DNA of 64,000 nucleotides, from NCBI GenBank assembly GCA_029717555.1, contig JAMDHS010000033.1, forward strand, positions 1-64,000, read 5' to 3'. Numbering within the stretch: the first letter of the stretch is position 1; the number at the start of each line of letters is the position of its first letter. This stretch comes from Peribolospora baueri. Taxonomy: Eukaryota. This document shows positions 11,568-23,700 of the stretch, piece by piece. The position numbers were made by a program, and so were the translations under genes. The notes below the pieces were generated by a model that made no database searches, was not told the DNA's origin, and worked only from the letters and a program-made list of their open reading frames with translations.

Positions 11568-13994
11568 ATGTCGGCCAACCTCACTGTGAGCGTCGCCGTC
11601 CGTCCTCGCCTTCGCAGCGGAACCGTCCCTGCCGGCGCGTGCTTACGTCCATGCTCACGTCTCCCTCCGTCTTCTTCTATCCCTTTGCTCCAGCCTCCCG
11701 CGTCGACCCCTCCTCCCCGCGTGCCCTCTTCCTCAGCCCTCAACGCCTTGCACCAATCGCCTCCGGATGCGATCGCCGCCTCCTCGCCTGCCGGATCGGC
11801 CTACAACATTGGCAATGGCACGCCCAACGGCTCGATGACCAGGACACTCGCCGTGCTCTTGGGTGACGCTGTCGATCAGAGGCTCGCCGTCGAAAGCAGG
11901 TTGAACGAAGCCGGTCAGTCTTGAGGAAGGGTAGATTTCGCTTGAACAGCTCGTCTGACCCCTCGTCTCTTGTTCAGGCTTTGAAATCGTCGCAGACCGC
12001 ATGGAAGAATGGTCCATCGACGACGACGAAGAGTTGCTTTCCGAGTTACTCGCTAGCGAGGCTGACATAGAAGGCTGGGCAGCCGACATGACCGCGGGGC
12101 CGATCATGCTCTATGTGCTCGAACGCCGGCGAGCCGGTGAGCTCTGGAACGATCTCATCGGCCCTCCTGACGACCAAGTGGTCAGCCAGGAAGCACCTCA
12201 AAGGTCAGTCTCCCTGCTCTCGATCCGATCCGGTCGTCGTCATCGGTACGCTCACACGCGCTCTTTTCCCGTTCCACCAGCCTGCGCGCATTGTACGGCG
12301 CCAGGAATCTTTACGGCAGCCCCGTCGGTTTCGCAGAGCTGCAGATCGCCCTCGTTTTCCCCGAGCTGGCCAACGAGGAGGCTCTCCTTGCCCAGGAGCC
12401 TGACTACTTTGACATTCCTCGCAACGTCGAGACGGGCTTGGGTCCAGCTTCCGTCAACTCCGCGTCCGACCGTGGCACCTTCAAGGCCCGGCCCGCTCCT
12501 TCGTCCACACGCAAGCCGTCCATCGAGCCGCGCATGTCGCGGGCGGCAGCGCTCAGGATGGGCATCGAGTTGCCCAAACCGGCTGTAAGGACACAAAGCG
12601 CGTCTTCGGGCACGACATCGCCGGATGAACCCAGACGGGTGGTACCCATCCCAAAGAGCCTGGCTCAGCCATCGGTCGCACCCCGGCCAACGCGCGCGTC
12701 GGCCCTCCGGACGGGCGTTCCGCCAACCGACCCGCCAGCTCGGTCCCGCACCGGATCCACGACCTCCATGGGCTCTCTGGGTTCTGAAGGCTCTGCGAGG
12801 TCACCCACGGCCCTTTTCGATAACGTACCGGGCCACAAGCGACGGGAAAGCATTGCCGTGGCAAGCACCAGGGCGCCGTCGATGGCCCCCAGACAGACCA
12901 AGGCGTCCGCTTTGAGGGCCCAGCGCGATTCCGCCTTGTCGCCGCCTCCGCTCAGTCATCGCACGACGTCCACCGCCTCGGTCGATTCCGCGTCGTCACA
13001 GGCCAGGAGCACCCAGAGGTCCGAGTCTGCGTCGTCGGGCGCCGGTGCCGCTCCCGGTTATGTGAGGGAACGCCGCCAAGTCGACTTCTCCGGCACCCCT
13101 GGCCACAAGAGAGCCGTCAGCTACCAAGTCGCGTCCACCAACGCACCCTCCATCGCCCCTCGGCAGACCAAGGCCTCTGCGCTGCGCGCTGGTAATGTAG
13201 GAGATACCGTTTCTTCTCCACAGCGTCGGTCCGCGGACCGCACAGTCGACTTTTCCAATACTCCCGGCCACAAGAGATCGTCGACGAGCTACCAAGTCGC
13301 GTCCACCAACGCACCCTCCCTCGCCCCCCGGCAGACCAAGGCTTCTGCGCTGCGCGCTGGGAACGGCGGCGGAGACACCGGGGACTCCCCGTCCGGGAGT
13401 GCAGGTAGGCGGGCGTCTGTGGCGACGTCGAGTCCCGTATCCGCCGGCGCCGGCGCCGAACGCAAGACGATCGACTTTTCCAACACGCCGGGACACAAGC
13501 GCGTCGGCAGCTACCAAGTCGCCTCGATTCGTGCGCCTACGATCGCTCCGCGCGCCACCAAAGCCAGTCAGCTTCGAGAATCGAAAGAAGCCGACGGAGG
13601 AGGCGGAGAAGCGCCCCGTCGACCCCAGAGCGTACAGAGTCTTAGGACGGCCGAGCCTAAACCGGGCGATTCGGTGGTCAACTCGGGCCGTCGTTCGAGC
13701 CTCGATGTATCAAGGTCCACCGGTGAGTGTTGAACTACGTCGCATGTGCTCGGAGCAAACCAGACCAGATCAGATCCGAAAAAGAAGGACGAAAGGTTCA
13801 CCGCGTTTCATTTTCGGCTTGTATGTGTAGCAGCTCCCACCATCACCCCTCGGCCGAACCGCGCCGCCCTGCTTCGCGCAGAGAAGGGCGGCGTCCCGAC
13901 ACCCACCGGCACCGGCACCGGCGCCCCTCCTCCCTCCAGCTATCGTTTCTCCGGCTCGTTCGGAGGACGTCCGGCGTCCGCCCAAGGCGTTTGA
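11568..13994 (+). CDS. NDK (nucleoside diphosphate kinase)-fold protein, probably catalytically inactive, with a long repeat-containing basic tail; 5 exons
   Basis: Introns 11586-11693, 11914-11977, 12204-12280 and 13723-13830 all preserve frame. The spliced protein has RTLAVL...LNEAGFEIV...MTAGPIMLYVLER...WNDLIGP...APQSLRALYGARNLYGSP...AELQIALVFP, which matches NDK motifs, followed by PGHKR/PRxTKASALR repeats. Confidence 0.82.
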
Positions 13995-14566
13995 GCGATA
14001 TGATATGATACCCCCCGCCCTCCTTCCTTTTTTTCGATTGAATTGTTTTCTGACCTCCGATGTTGTTCTTTGATCGCGCTGGCCTCGCTCTCTCTCTCCC
14101 CCTCCGTCTTTGTTTGTCACCAATGTCGTCAGGCTTGATGCCGTATACGCCTATCGCAGTCAAGCTGCCCCCCCCCGCGTCGTCCTTCAGGTTCGCTAGC
14201 TGTCCTTCATCTCGCGTTCGATCGGTCGCCCGTCTGTCACTCGTTTGTTTGTCTCTTTGTCTGTCTGTCTGTCTGTTTGTTTGTTTGTTTGTTTGTTGTT
14301 TCACCGCCCCAGCCGCTACTCACTTCTTTGCTTGCTTGCTTGTGCTCTCTCTATCTCGCCGCCTTGTCGCCTCTCTCCTCTTTTACTTTGAAGAAATTTA
14401 AAAGTAGTGTCGACCGAAGAGCGCCTTAACGGACGAAGGAAAAGGGCGCTGCCGCCCGCGGACCTGCGTCGCTCGGCGCATAAAAAGGTATCTCGGATTG
14501 CGGTGCGGAAGGGTAGAATACATTCGTGACATGAAGGACGTGTGTGCGAAGGAACGAAGGGGCGAG

Positions 14567-17373
14567 TCACGACGACACCATGATGGAAGCGCGGATCGCT
14601 TGAGCCCGTGGAATCGGCGCGGCCTGGAACGGCACTCGTTCCGACCTCTCCTTCGGCGGCCGATCGTCGTCATTGGCCAGGGTGATCGATAAGACCGGTG
14701 GCGCGTCCCTGACGACCCCAGGCGGCTGTAGCAACTCTGAATACGAAATGAGAACAAAAAAACGCCAGTTCAAGCAAGTCTGCAAGGTTGTCGCTCTGCC
14801 CGAGTGCACGGGAAAGAGAACTGACTGACCTTGGAGGACGTGGTCGAAGGAAAGCCCAACCTCGGTCAGAGGTTTCGCCAGGTCGCGAGACGTTTGGATG
14901 GCCTCGCGGATCACCCTGGGATCCTGATCTACGCCGTAGACTTGGCGTCGGAACATTTCGGCATAAGCTTCAATTTGCTTCGTCGCCCAGCGCACGAAGC
15001 CTTTTACGAAACGGGAATGAACGCGGGTCAGACAGACAGACGGAGATGTTGTCAGCCCCATGGTGGTGGACTTGCCGTCCAAACCTCACCAGACGCCATC
15101 TTGTTGTCCTTAAACGCGCTCATGTACCACTCGCTCGTATTCTTGATGAGCGTAAAATGGACCAAAGCAAACTCGGAAATGTACAATCCGACATCGCCCT
15201 CAAATTTGATCTGACGCGCCCGTCTTCGAAGCATCTCGCTGCGAGCGTTGAGGAAGATTTCCCGAGCCGCTTCTCCTTGATCGAGTCGAAGGAGGAAGGA
15301 CGCGTTCCGACAGACCGCCGACTTTTTCAGGTTCGGAGATGCCAGGTCGAGGGAGATTGCTGACACCAGATCGGCCGTGCGAGCGGCGAGTTTGGTCTCC
15401 ATGTCCCCGTGGTACGGGTCCGAACTGGGCAGACTGGCCACCCGCGCCTTTCCTACGGGGGTCCATATCGAAGCAGGTCCCCAAGTCGATCAGACACGCA
15501 GAGCCGTCGTTCTATTCGTGGCCGGAATCAAGCGTACGGCTCACCTTGCTCGACCATATGCACCGCCTCCTCCCACTCCCTTAACGCGATTCTGACCGAG
15601 AGGTCGTCGACAAAATCATTAATCCACCGGAGTTCATTGCCCGATTCACCCGGACGGGAACCGACGGAGGCGCTGGAAGACTTGAACGAGCCCGAAGAGC
15701 TGCTGACAAGCCCATCTCCGTTGCTCATGATCTAAAACAAAAGGGGGAACGATTCGCGGACCTTGAGCACGTGATTTCCACTGCCAGACAGAAAGACTTC
15801 CTGACATATGCCTCGTCCTGCTCTGAAGACTCACCCCGCTTTCTCGCTTTCTCGCCTCTGCTTCCGCCAAGCTCTCTTTTCTCCTCTTGTTCGACAGCTC
15901 TTCGGCGACTTTGCGGCAGGCGGCGAGAAGTGCCTTTTTGTCTTCGAATCGCTCGCTTCGGTAAACGAACGTTTCCTTCCCCCGCCTCACCTTTATCGCG
16001 TTGGTCAGATCTGCGCAAAAATGGCATGTTCTATCAGAACCGCGATCAACAGGACGACGTATGCTTTGGGGCATGCCATGAACTGAGAGCTCACCTCCGC
16101 CATCCTTGACGTCGATGACGGCGATCTCAGCCAGGGTAAAACAACGCTCGGCGACGAGCCTGACTTTGCTGCTCATCTGTCTCTTCTTCCTAACGGCGAC
16201 GAGCAACATGTCGTCCAAGAGGTAGAGGCTTACGCCTTGCTTGGGCTTGTACGTGGCCGCGTTGAGTTCGACAAAAGAGGATGCCTCGGCAACGAGATGC
16301 CGACCAGGGACGTAGGGTAGGAATTTCTGACAGCCCTCGATTGACTCCCACAGAGAAGTGATCTGCGCTCGATAAAATGCTTGGAGGTCGAGGATCGACG
16401 AACGGTTGTTCCGCCGGCCTCTGGCGTCGGACAAACCTGCGATGATAAGGCAGAGGTGGGTGAGGATAGCAAAATCCTCAAGCGGACACGGCCATAGAGC
16501 CAAGATCAAGTCGACGACAACTCACCACCCCCGGTGTTGTTAAGCTCGAGCACATGAGGTACGGTCTTCCATTCGGCCAAAAGCTCCTTGAGCTCGAGCA
16601 TGTTGTTCTCGAGGGTGGCAATTTCCTTCGATATGGTAATGAATTCAGCGTAGTTTTTAAACACTTGCCGTTGGAGATCGGTGTTTGTAGCCTCTTTGGA
16701 TTGCTGGAGGGTCTGCTGCAAGGAGCGGAGCGCTGTCTCAGAGTCCATGTCGGGCAACTTCAGGCGCAGATCTGGAGAGCAAGGCGACAGGGACCGATGA
16801 GCACGAGACGTCCTTGGAGATCATAGAAAAACCTCAAGACAGAAAGAAGGAGGTAGACGACGACGCACAAGCTTCGGGATCGAAGGACTCTTTGGAGAGA
16901 AGGTCGACGTCGACTGCTGACACACTTGCCCTTCGTCCGCCAGCGTCGTCCACCCGACCGGCTCCTTCACGATCCTGTCTTACGACTGCCTCATCAAAGT
17001 GCCGTCCTTGCTTTTCCTCCCCATACCCCGCCGCGCCGTGACCAGGCGTCATGCCGAAGCCGGGCTGGACGACCATGCCAGGCTGGAGCGGTGCGGCGGG
17101 GCCGGCGGCAGGCAGAGGCGGCATGGGGGGTGCTTGGCCGTACGCATCGACTGGTATAGGGGCATAGCGCATGGAGAGGCGTTTCTTGAGGTTTGCGCCG
17201 ACCTTTGACTTGCGCGCGTCGGCGGCCTTCTTGGAAAGCTTGGCGGGCCGGGCCTGCTGGCGAGACGCCGGAGCGTGTGCGCCTGCGGGAGGGATGTGGA
17301 CGTCGGCATTATTCTGGTAGAAAGTGGTGGGGCGTGCGCTGCGCAGGCTGACAGCCTGACGTGCGTTGGCCAT
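14567..17373 (-). CDS. EXO84: Exocyst complex component Exo84
   Basis: KKRLSMRY; Vps51-like LQRQVFKNYAEFITISKEIATLEN; PH domain EGCQKFLPYVPGRHLV; C-terminal ARQIKFEGDVGLYISE, FKDNKMASG and AEMFRRQVY; multi-exon. Confidence 0.92.
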
Positions 17374-17832
17374 GGGGAGCGGTGGGTTCTGGTTGGTGGT
17401 CGGCCAGGAGATGAAGAGATCTGGGAATACCAACGAGTGGGTCGTGCGTGCGCGTCCACCGCCAGCTGCTGCGGTGACATGGTCACGTGCGCCCATGACG
17501 CTGCCGACTGCGGCGCGCACGTGCGGAGCGCTCCAGTGAGGCGGGCGAGGAGACGGAATCCAAGAACGAGACGACGACGACGACGACGACGACGACGGCG
17601 AGCTCGGCCACTGACACCAAGCGCACTCGCTCACCGACCTTCTGTTCTCCCCTTGCTTGCCTTTGTCTTCTTTCATTCAGCACACGCCCTCGTCGACGCC
17701 GCCCTCGTGGTCTCCCGCCCGCGCTCCTCGCCGCGGGACGAGGCCCGGGTCCCATCTATCTCGCTGCGTCACTTCACCTCAGCGATCGGTCTCATCGACC
17801 CGTTTATATAGCCATCTTAACAAATCCCCGCC

Positions 17833-20075
17833 ATGTCTCAACCCTTTCCTTCCAGCGGCGACCTCTACGGGTCTGGGCCCTACCCGGTCTTCTCCTCGAC
17901 AGCCGCTTATGCCCCCCACCAAGCCCCACAGGATAGTCCTGGCCCGCCGCTGTCGTCCGCCGCATCGTATGCACCCACGCCTTCTGCACCGGCTCGCGCT
18001 GTCCGCCCCGGTGGGCCCGAAACCTACGTCGGCGAGCAAGCTCGATGGCAGGGAGATGCCAACGCTCAATGGCGGCAAGGCGACCGGGCACGACCATCCT
18101 CGTTCTTTGGTGTCGATCGCCCTGCCGAGGGCGTCGGCTTGAATGGAAGCCCGTCTCTTGGCCCGCCCCTCCTCGACGCCCCTCGCCCCACATCTGTCTT
18201 CGACCCCGCAGCGTTGTTGGCTCAACACAACCAGCAGCAGCACGGTATGGCTCAAGCACAGAGCCCACCGCCCTCTTTCGGTATGGGAGGCTCGCCAACC
18301 AGCTCTCAGCATCACAGTCCTCGCCAGGCGACGCCTTCCGAGAACAACCTGTCGCCCACCGGTGCGGGCCCCTTGCTCGACCACTCCCACCTTCGTCCCG
18401 GCAAGCAGGCCGCCTTACTCTCGCACGCCAAGACGATCGAGCTGTACCGCGAGAACGCCAAAAAGACGAACGATCCAGATCTCATTTACGAATTTGCTGT
18501 CTTCATGATTGAAGCCAGCAAGAGCATGGATCCGCTCGGAGAGGGAGACACGGAGAAGGCTCAAGGGCAAAAGGACGACCTGGCCAAGGAGGCGACCACG
18601 CTTCTCAAAAAGATTGCCGACCGCGGTCACCCTGATGCTCAATACTTCCTCGCAGACTGCTGCGCGAACGGTGAGTCGGAGTGGGCCGCGGTACTGTTGA
18701 TGCCCATGCACGTTTCTTTCGCTGCCTATGAGCGGGCCTCCGGTTCCCGGTGCTGAGCCACGCGAATTGCGTCCCCGCCCTCCTCCCTCCGCCGCTTTTG
18801 ACAGGTATTGGTACCCCGAAAGGAAAACAGGATTTCGACAAGGCCTACCAGCTTTTCGCCCTCTCAGCCAAGCACGGCCACCCCGACGCCGCCTACCGCG
18901 CAGCGACTTGCTACGAGAAAGGCTGGGGCTGTCGGAGGGATTCTGCCAAGGCCGTGCAGTTCTATAGGTGGGAATACATAGACCACTGGCCCTTCATTGA
19001 CCGCATCTCGCTTCCGTACCGCTGACACTCCTTGACATTGCCCTGCGATGAGTTAGGAAGGCCGCTTCGGCCAATCACCCTGGCGCTATGTACCGTCTTG
19101 GCACTGCCGAGCTGAACGGCGAGCTGAGCCTTTCTCGCAAGCCGCGCGAAGGCGTCAAGTGGCTCAAGCGATCCGCCGAGGCCGCGACCGCTGAGTTTCC
19201 CCACGCCCTTCACGAGCTGGCATTGATCCACGAGAAGGGTATCAACAACGTCGTCTTCGTCGACCCCGAGTACGCTTGCGAGCTCCTCGCACAGGCCGCC
19301 GAGCTCGGCTACGCCCCGAGCGCCTACAAGCTTGGGGTCAACTACGAGTTTGGTAGGATGGGATGCCCACAGGACGGCGGGCTCAGTATTCACATGTACA
19401 ACATCGGTGAGGCTGCCTTTGCCGAGTCTGCGACGCGGTCTGCCCTTCCTTTCTCACCGTCTTCTCGGCCGTGTCTTCCGCTCGCACAGCCGCTCAGCAG
19501 AATCACAAAGAGGCATGCTTCGCCCTCACCGCCTGGTATCTCGTCGGCGCTCCTGGCATTCTTCCCCAAAGTGACACCGAGGCATACCTGTGGGCCAAGA
19601 AGGCGGCGGAGCAAGGGCTGGCCAAGGCGGAGTATGCAGTCGGATACTTCACAGATGAGTAAAACGCTTTTTGTTACGATCTCAACGCGACTTTTTCGAT
19701 TGAGTGGCTGACGCGTACGCCCCTAACCCCCCTTCGGCTCTTGCACAGGTGGGTATTGGGACGGTGAAGGACATGCGAGAGGCGAAGGAGTGGTACAAGA
19801 AGGCAGCTGAGCACGGGGACAAGCGAGCGACGCAGCGGCTCAAAAACTTCAACAGGCCGTTCGGCGCCATGCCGCCTCCACCGGGGCCCGCGTCGCCGAG
19901 CGGCCAAGGCGCGGGTCGACCCCCACGGGCGGGCATGCAAAACCCCAACGATAGGCCGCCTCCAGGAGAAGCGGAGAAGAGGCGCATGTTCGAGGAGGAG
20001 CGGAAGCTGCGCAAGGGCGGCGGGAGGGAGAGCAAGGAGGGAAAGGACGGCAAGGAGGACTGTGTCGTCATGTGA
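17833..20075 (+). CDS. Sel1-repeat chitin synthase regulator (Chs4/Skt5-like)
   Basis: ELYRENAKKTNDPDL; Sel1 repeats (GHPDAQYFLADC, KHGHPDAAYRAATCYEKGWG, GVKWLKRSAE, ACFALTAWYLVG, AEYAVGYF); C-terminal CaaX prenylation motif CVVM. Confidence 0.92.
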
Positions 20076-20735
20076 ATTCACAACCCTCCCACGATTCTTC
20101 CTCTCCGTTCCCGTTCTCCAACCGTTCCGGCTTCCTTCGACGGACAAACTCCCCCCCCCCCGCCCCCCCCCCCCCCCAGAGGCACACACACTCCCTTAAT
20201 CCTTATCATTTCTCATCGTCTTGGATGGTATCTCATTCTACGCACGGACCCATCCGCCGTACCCCTCCACACCTACACACCATCCCTACCTCCCCCTCGT
20301 CCTTCCCTTGTCGTGCGTCCCTTTCTTTATCACTTATAGAGCATTCCTGTGTACGCTAGCATGGACCTCTTTCTGATCTATCGTGACTGACCGCATCCTC
20401 CGTTTCCATCATTAAATTCGGCCTGTTTCGACGCTCCTTCAAACCTTTTTTTTTTTTTTTTTGGAACGCCTCACAGGTGCTGACGGTGCTCTCCCTATTC
20501 AGACCACGACGAAGAGCGGTTTGGACGAAATAATGTACTATTGAACTGCTTTTGTGTGGTATGGTACATGGAAGGGCCAGCTCGACGAACGAACCGAGGC
20601 GGACGACGTCCCTCTCCGTTCCTTTCCTGCTCACGACTTGCGGACGACAAGACCGGGCCTGAATTCGGACCGATTTTTTTCAGCAAGTGAACGCACGACC
20701 TGGGATACAGTCGTAGATGGTCAGCCGTGAACTCA

Positions 20736-23700
20736 CTAATCGCGAGGGAACCGACAGTGCTTGTCGGCGATGGCAATGACCTTGAAGACGCCCTCGGCCT
20801 TGGCGAAAGTGGTATAAGTGTGCGTCTCCACGTTCGCCACGGTATGCGTCTCCAAGCTGTATCCTTCTGGCCACGAGCGCGTGTAGCTGAACGTGAACGG
20901 TGGCGTGCCTGCAAAGGATATCGGGGCAAAGGTGAGTTGAGATTGGTGGGGTCTGACCGTTCTGAAGCGAATTCCGACAACTCACCTTCAAACTCAAAGA
21001 CGATCTCAGCTTGGTCGCCTGTCAAAAGACAGAACAAGGCCAGGTCAGCGCGGGATTAGAAGCGTGATGAGGGCGGGAGCGAGGAGCGGGACGAACCTTC
21101 TCGAATATTCTCGATGTAATGCCGACCGTGGGAAACCTTCGCTCGAGGCAAAGGATGGACGATTTTGGTGATGTTTGCCATCGACTTGCACTGGTTCCCG
21201 GCGTGCGCGACCGAACGGACTTCGAGGATGCCCGTCTCGTCAGCCACGCGAGAGAAGGTAGGCTCTTTCGCCACTGTGCTGTGTTTTCGGCCATTGAAAG
21301 CGTATTCAACCAGCCACGGACTCGTGCCCTGAAGACTACATACGTGCGCAAATGGCAAAGGAAGATGATGAACACCACATGTTAGTTTGTCCCAGATGGT
21401 CGTATAGTGTGCTTCTGAACTCACGCAAAACTGATATGATCGCCCTGGCAGACGTCTTGATTGAGGTCGAGAGAGGCAATCGAAGCTGTCTCGGCGACGT
21501 CGATTGTGAGGCCGGCCAGCGCGGTATCGTATTCTTTCGCGACACAACCGGTGGCGTCCTGGACGTGCACGACCTCCACCCTCCATAGACCAACGTTGGA
21601 GAAAGTGATCTCGTCCAAATCGAGCGCATACTTCGTCGTCTGAATTCGCTTCCCCTTCACTTGACGTACATTGCCAGATGTTTCGTCGATTACCCTGAAA
21701 TCCACCTCAAACGGCGGAGTACCGGTGAGCTTGAGCATAGGCTCCTTTTTGTCTCGCGCTTGCAGCTTTTCACCCAAGCAGTATTGGGTGCTCCTTCCGG
21801 ACGATTTGAAACTGGCGGTGGGTGCCGCCAACACGGCCTGTTCCAGCAACAGGGGGGGGTCTGCTGGCGAAGTGGTCGGAGCATAGTTGGCGTCGCCAAG
21901 CTGGGTACCGAGCCGATCGAAGGTGAGTAATTAATATCGGTGATGTAGAGCGGTCTCGGGGGAGCCTCCTTACCTTTTCAAACGAGTAGACATGCCAACC
22001 GGCCGTGTCAGTGTAGAGTTGGACATCGGCCGTGTCTTGGGCGGCCTGAAGAGCGATCGGATGCTCATGCCTGGACAAGTACGAAGGTGTTCGGTGTGTT
22101 CGGTGCTTGCCGAGCACGTCGAAAGGCGGACGGCCTGATTCCGAGCACAACACACCATATGCTTGAGCATGAGGCGCTAAGCAGTCAATCCCAAGTTCCT
22201 CAGAGCTCACCGTGAAGCAACAGGGCAACACTATCAGAAGTCCCGACGCAAACGGGAGGCCTGATGACCGATCCATTATGAGCCAAAACTCCTGCATCTT
22301 TCTGCAGCTGCATAGAAGGCCTTGGCTTCACTGCAACTACGTATTTCGACTCTGCGACGATCACATCGCCTGGACAGAACGCATCCTGTCCAGCAAACGA
22401 CATCAGGGTGTTCGATGATATTCTCAGCGATTGTCCCGTATTTTGGCGCAAAATGCCTTCATGTACCCGCCTTACCTTGATTTTGACAAGCTCGTAAAGT
22501 CCAGGTTGGCTGACCCTCAATGCTTCGTTTGGATAATCGACTTTGACCTCGTGAATGGTCTTCGACCCGTTATGCCTGTACGAAAGATTCCACGGCTGTA
22601 CAAAAAGGCCGGCGTTAGTACGAGCTTGACGCCACCAGCACAAACAAGCGCAACGTACTCCTTCACCAGTGAGCCGCAGCGGGAGCCGGGCCCATTCTCC
22701 GTCAAGGATGACAGCCTGGAAGCTCTTGTCGGGCGAATAGAACATGGCCGTCGGATGGTCGCGCTGTACTTCGACTTCCATGTCTGCTTGCGCCAGGGCC
22801 CTTCGGCATCCGCGCGAGTCCTCAATTGCGGCTACGGGTTGTTCGAAACAAAAGTAATTGATAAGATCGTGACACGGTCGATTGTTGCAGCCGATAAGAA
22901 CAACAACAACAACACGTACCCAATGATATGTGGAAATAGCCTCCGTCTTGGGATATCCTCTTGGGAATCGGCACTTCGAGTTGGAAGGGCGAGCTTTGAA
23001 TATTCTCCGCAACGTACGTCTCCGCAACCGAAGCACCGCTGCTAACAGAGTATTCAAGCCGACGCCAAGGACCGGTACCCTTTGCAAGAGAAGGCGCACA
23101 AAACGAGTTCAGCACCTGAGCGTCTTACACGTTCAAGATGGAGAGAACTTCTTACCGTCAGTTCTACATTCGCCTTCACCGTGTCGCCTGAACAGCTGTG
23201 GACCACCGTCTTCTTCTCAGTGAAGGAAGCTGAGGCCAGCGGATGAACGACGACCTTCGTCGACGGGCCCTTCAACTCGATATTATCGTAGTTTGCGTCG
23301 TCAAGACTGAGGAACTCGTAGGTGTACGTCTGGAAGATCGAGGAACAGAACAGGAAACCGAGAATCTGATCAGTCTACTGTTCAGCAGCGCAGTAGGCGA
23401 AGTGTACTCACCCCTTCTTGTTTCTCAAGGAAATCAATCTCATCCCGGAGATGTGTGATGGTCTTGGCTTTTCGTTTGGGCTTTTCACCTTGTCTGTGCG
23501 TACGGTAGTATAGAATGAATGGCTGGAAAGAGAAAATACTTCTCAATGGTGGCGCTCATGAGTCCTGGCTCAATGGAAGGGCTAAACTCACAGGCTCGCC
23601 CGAAAGGGTCGAGATAGCCTTAACACCGATGTTGCCAGCGCATTGGTCGGCGATACCTGTAATAAAAGAATGAAGACATGTCAGGCACGTCCGCTCATCC

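Noticed and set aside
20150..20177. Poly(C) tract after the Chs4-like gene, plus other short A/T homopolymers and TTTG/TCGG microsatellites
   Set aside because: Ordinary low-complexity UTR or intergenic sequence, common throughout the window.
20700..20736. Intron splitting the POM152 stop codon (TA|G)
   Set aside because: It would be only 37 nt with the branch motif about 11 nt from the donor, too short compared with the other introns here; the protein would be unchanged anyway.
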